A stretch of DNA of 58,775 nt, filler included, from Stramenopiles sp. TOSAG23-2 (Eukaryota), in NCBI GenBank assembly GCA_900128395.1. It is 4 parts of 4 records of this genome, joined end to end, with 100 filler letters (N's around TTAATTAATTAA, not from the genome) between each part and the next. Parts side by side here need not be neighbours in the genome. Positions count along the whole stretch, not along the records: positions 44,199 to 58,775 come from LT649753.1; 3 more parts are not named here. One strand, 5' to 3'. A program made the position numbers and the translations under genes. The notes under the pieces were generated by a model, which ran no database searches, was not told where the DNA came from, and was given only the letters and a program-made list of their open reading frames with translations. Shown here in pieces: positions 55,110-58,775 of the stretch; position 1 is the stretch's first letter, and each line of letters opens with the position of its first letter.

Positions 55110-55615
55110 ATTTGATATTATATTCGAGTATATGTATGTATGTATATATATATGTATATGTATTACTATTTTGTTTCTTCTTTGATCTCTACAATATCTT
55201 AAGCGTATGTTTTTCTCTCTCTCTATTTTATCATTGTTATTAATAATACAGTCTAGTAGTGTTTATATTTAAATTAAATTATTGATTCAATATCTATATT
55301 TATTAATAAATAATACATTTTTTTAATGGTCATTATTCGTTCTTCTCGCAAAATCCGGTATATTTGCACGCTGGCACGCTGGCACGTAATGCTATTCCAA
55401 TATATATAATAACAATTTTAATCTCTTGTTTGCGAAGAATAATAAATTTACTATAACAAACCAGCTAACTATACTACTACAGTATTTATGATTTTTATAT
55501 AAAAATTAAAAATTAGAATCAAAATATATAAATTGTCAGAGATAAGATAGACAAAACAAACAATGGATGTATATATATGTAGGAGTATGTGAAGAATAAC
55601 AAAGGATCAACAATC

Positions 55616-56512
55616 ATGATAACAATCGATTTAACAAATGATAAAACTGAAAACCACAAGTTGATTAAAACTGCATTCTTAAATTCTATATCCCCAGTCT
55701 TTAAATTGAAACTATCAAAGGAATTTCAAGAGACAACGAAAGATTGTATTGAAAAAGTTAAAAAGTTTTATAAGCTAACTAGCAATTTATCAAATGACAG
55801 TGTAAATTCATCCAATGACATAGAATCATGTAAATCGTGCTATCTTACCCCAGAGTTAGAGCCGTGCACAACTAACATTCGTAATGAATTTAAACATGTA
55901 ACAAAAGAAATATTAAGTATTATGTTTGATAATAATGAATTTAACATTGATGAATATATAAAAACAGAGCAGAAACAAATTGATGGTAATTTAATTGTTC
56001 GATATTATGCTAAAGGTGGAGCAGGATATTTAGGTTCACATGTTGATGGTAATTTTATGACTTTCTTATATTCAAATGGAGAAGGACTACAAATTCCAAA
56101 TGAAAATTTATCAATTGACCCTCAAAATATAAAGGAATTTGGCGTCCCAAGTTTGACCCCAACATTTCGTAAGTATATTCTCGTGTATAACTTGGAGCCA
56201 ATAAAATTCTCTAACAAAACATCATCATAACAAATATATATACATGTATACTCTCAATATCATCATATACGATGCTCTTCATTCACAGTTACAATAAATG
56301 AGTCAGAATGGAATACGATTCAACAAGATGATACATGTTTAATAGTTACTGTTGGCAATGGGTTTTTCCAAGAAAAATTTGTACAAAATTCTGCTTTTTC
56401 TGATGTAAAATGTCCTACGCTACATCGTGTTCAACGAAAAGCAAATTTCGATCGGTTTTCTATACCATTTTTGTTTAATTTTGTAAATATTGATGATGAG
56501 GAAGAAGATTGA
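55616..56512 (+). CDS. 2-oxoglutarate/Fe(II)-dependent oxygenase; two exons (55616-56168, 56289-56512)
   Basis: Exon 1 has VRYY and GSHVDGNFMTFL (HxD). A GTAAGT...CAG 120-nt intron lies at 56169-56288. Exon 2 is in frame and gives LIVTVG, PTLHRV and RFSIPF. Confidence 0.88.
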
Positions 56513-56675
56513 TTAATTTTTATGTACGTACGTCGTACGTTCGTACAAAGTTCGTATTTTTTTATAAAAATTAATACGGACGGTTCGTATATATAATATT
56601 TTATTACAAATATTTCTTTTACATCGCGTGTATTACAACTCTTCTCGCTCTCTACTATACATGTAACCCGTTGGT

Positions 56676-58310
56676 CTACTTCCATAATTTAATTTCTCCA
56701 TCCCAACCACACGTAGCAACTGTACTTGCTTCTACTGGATGCCATATCGCACCAATACAAGGATTATTTCTATGGGATTGTAATTTTCGAAACATTTTTC
56801 CGCTTTTAAAATCCCAAAACCATATTTGACCTCTACCATCTCCAGACATGATAAACTGTCCATTTGGGGAAAAACCGATTTGACATGCATAACCAGCTAT
56901 AACATGGCCTCTAAACGAACGTTTTTTTATCATACTAAATTTATTCCTAGTATCAAAAAGTACAATTTTATTATCTAACGATTGTCCAGCGAAATACCTT
57001 CCACTTGGATGTGAAGTTACAGCTGCAATTGTATGCATATCCGGCTCAGCAATGTATTTAATGGGTGTAGGGACACCATATTCCCAACATAAAACACGCT
57101 TATCATCACCACATGTCATAAATTTACGTCCTTCATCATACCATGTCAATGTATTCACAGCTCCAAAATGATGATCATACTCTTGGATAATTTCTTTTGT
57201 TCGAATATCATATTGTATTATTTTCTTATCTTTACATGCAGCTAAAACAACATGTGGCTCTGTTGGACTATATTTGCAGCTATATGGTACCTTTCCATTT
57301 CCTAGTGTGTGTTTACATTTACCACTTTCAACATCCCATATTTTTATTTTTGTATCAAATGAAAACGACAGAAAATCAACGCCATCGTTTGGTTTGAAAT
57401 GTGCACCACGCACCGCTTCTTTATGACCATGATAACTACGCATACAACGTTTATCATTTACTGTATCCCATATACGAACTGTGCCATCCATACTACTACT
57501 AAGTAATAAATGTCCATATTTAGGGAAAAATTCAATAGACTGTACACCAATATTTTTTCCATTTTTTTTGTATCCTTTGTATACGTGTACAATTTTTTTA
57601 GGTATAAAACATTCAATTTCATCCATAGTTCTCGATGTATCAATGTACGAGGGTGGAGTTGTCCATGGTCTTCCTTGATAATCACGCTCTTCTTTTCCAT
57701 AAAAAATACTTTCCTCACTAGCCTCTTGTCGCTCTGATTCGTTTAATAATGCAGAGGAAGATGAATTTAATTTAGACGCTACTTTTTGTTTTTCGATCTT
57801 TTCCGATCGTAATGCTTCCTTTTCACGCGCATTTCTTTCCGCTTGTGTTAATTTCTTAATAGATACATCATCCTCTTCATCATAATAAAATGTCGCTGTG
57901 TTATTATTATTATTATTATTATTTGTTGGTGCCCACGGTCCGTCATCTATTTCATCTCCTAAAATATTGTTATTATTTTTCTTACGTCGTTTCGGTGGCG
58001 GTGGTTTTCTATCATCAAATATCCCAGGCAATGTTTGTGAGTTTACTGTAGAAAAATGTGTTAATTGTACAAAAGTTTGTTGTTGATGCGGTAATAACGG
58101 TGCAGTTTGTTGCGAATGTTGCTGTGCTTGGTATCCTGCGGTCAACGTCATTGCCATATTATTATTATTGTTATAATTGTTATTCATAATAATTGGCGCA
58201 GTCGATATGTTGGTATTTATTACAGCCATTTGTTTCAATGGGTGTGTTGAGGGATTAGTATCATTATTTGTATCTTCATCATCGGATGAATCAGATGGTA
58301 AAAATTCCAT
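56676..58310 (-). CDS. CDC40: Pre-mRNA splicing factor CDC40/PRP17 (WD40)
   Basis: RDYQGR.W, CFIPKK.VH, FFPKYGHLLLS.SMD, QEYDHH.GAVN, IKYIAEP.MH and F.GH..AGYACQ..FSPNGQF. Confidence 0.95.
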   Translation of the reverse strand: MEFLPSDSSDDEDTNNDTNPSTHPLKQMAVINTNISTAPIIMNNNYNNNNNMAMTLTAGYQAQQHSQQTAPLLPHQQQTFVQLTHFSTVNSQTLPGIFDDRKPPPPKRRKKNNNNILGDEIDDGPWAPTNNNNNNNNTATFYYDEEDDVSIKKLTQAERNAREKEALRSEKIEKQKVASKLNSSSSALLNESERQEASEESIFYGKEERDYQGRPWTTPPSYIDTSRTMDEIECFIPKKIVHVYKGYKKNGKNIGVQSIEFFPKYGHLLLSSSMDGTVRIWDTVNDKRCMRSYHGHKEAVRGAHFKPNDGVDFLSFSFDTKIKIWDVESGKCKHTLGNGKVPYSCKYSPTEPHVVLAACKDKKIIQYDIRTKEIIQEYDHHFGAVNTLTWYDEGRKFMTCGDDKRVLCWEYGVPTPIKYIAEPDMHTIAAVTSHPSGRYFAGQSLDNKIVLFDTRNKFSMIKKRSFRGHVIAGYACQIGFSPNGQFIMSGDGRGQIWFWDFKSGKMFRKLQSHRNNPCIGAIWHPVEASTVATCGWDGEIKLWK

Positions 58311-58775
58311 GTTAATCTGTCTCTATATATATATATGTCTATATATTCTATCTCTCTCTACTACTAGTACTCATGATTACTATGTTTATTCTGATTGTAT
58401 TTTTATTATTATATTTTTTGTGATGGTAATTTTGTGGCGGCAGTTCCGATAAATTCAATAAAGGGGCGCGAACCCTGGCGAACCAAAAATATTTCGATCC
58501 TCAAGTACAAAAAATACCTAATATGGCCTATCAAATATATCATACACTACAAATCTACTGAGTATATGAAAAGGACTATATTAAGTATAAATATGATAGG
58601 AAATGAAAAACAGAAAACAGAGCAGAAAAACACAATTTTCACAAGTAAAATGTTGGAAGGCGTCTGTCGATGCTAATTTCTAAATGCTATTTCGATATAT
58701 TAAAAAAACTTCATAGGAAAAATTATCATTACTATATAAAATACCAAAAAATCTCCATACTATAGTTTTAAGTAC

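Overview
Very AT-rich, gene-dense, nearly intron-less eukaryotic DNA with poly-N/poly-Q proteins. The gene content (BART/CFAP36-like, PKD2-like channel, dually acylated PKA-like kinase, HisRS with HAL-like extension) suggests a flagellated protist, possibly a stramenopile; this is inference only. The window is not one locus. It is four contigs joined by 100-nt N/TTAATTAATTAA/N linkers (14667, 29417, 44099), plus one 48-N gap. Several exact 69-133 bp tandem duplications look like assembly or amplification artefacts, and two of them frameshift otherwise intact genes. About 25 coding regions or fragments are present, including V-ATPase D, PC4/Sub1, CDC40, HisRS, a PKA-like kinase, SMYD, a TBC RabGAP, tyrosinase, GH18, a Frizzled/Smoothened-like GPCR and a polycystin-like channel. 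No rRNA, tRNA, CRISPR or transposase was recognised. The most striking signal is a secreted Cys-repeat protein (8638-11742): its three repeat copies share a nearly codon-identical scaffold but carry codon-level hypervariable loop positions, mostly changed at codon positions 1-2 with position 3 kept. Other signals are a CGGTTCGTA motif seen only in convergent intergenic regions, a shared GGCACACCAGCACAC upstream motif, a small TIR element in two copies, and several unusual domain architectures.
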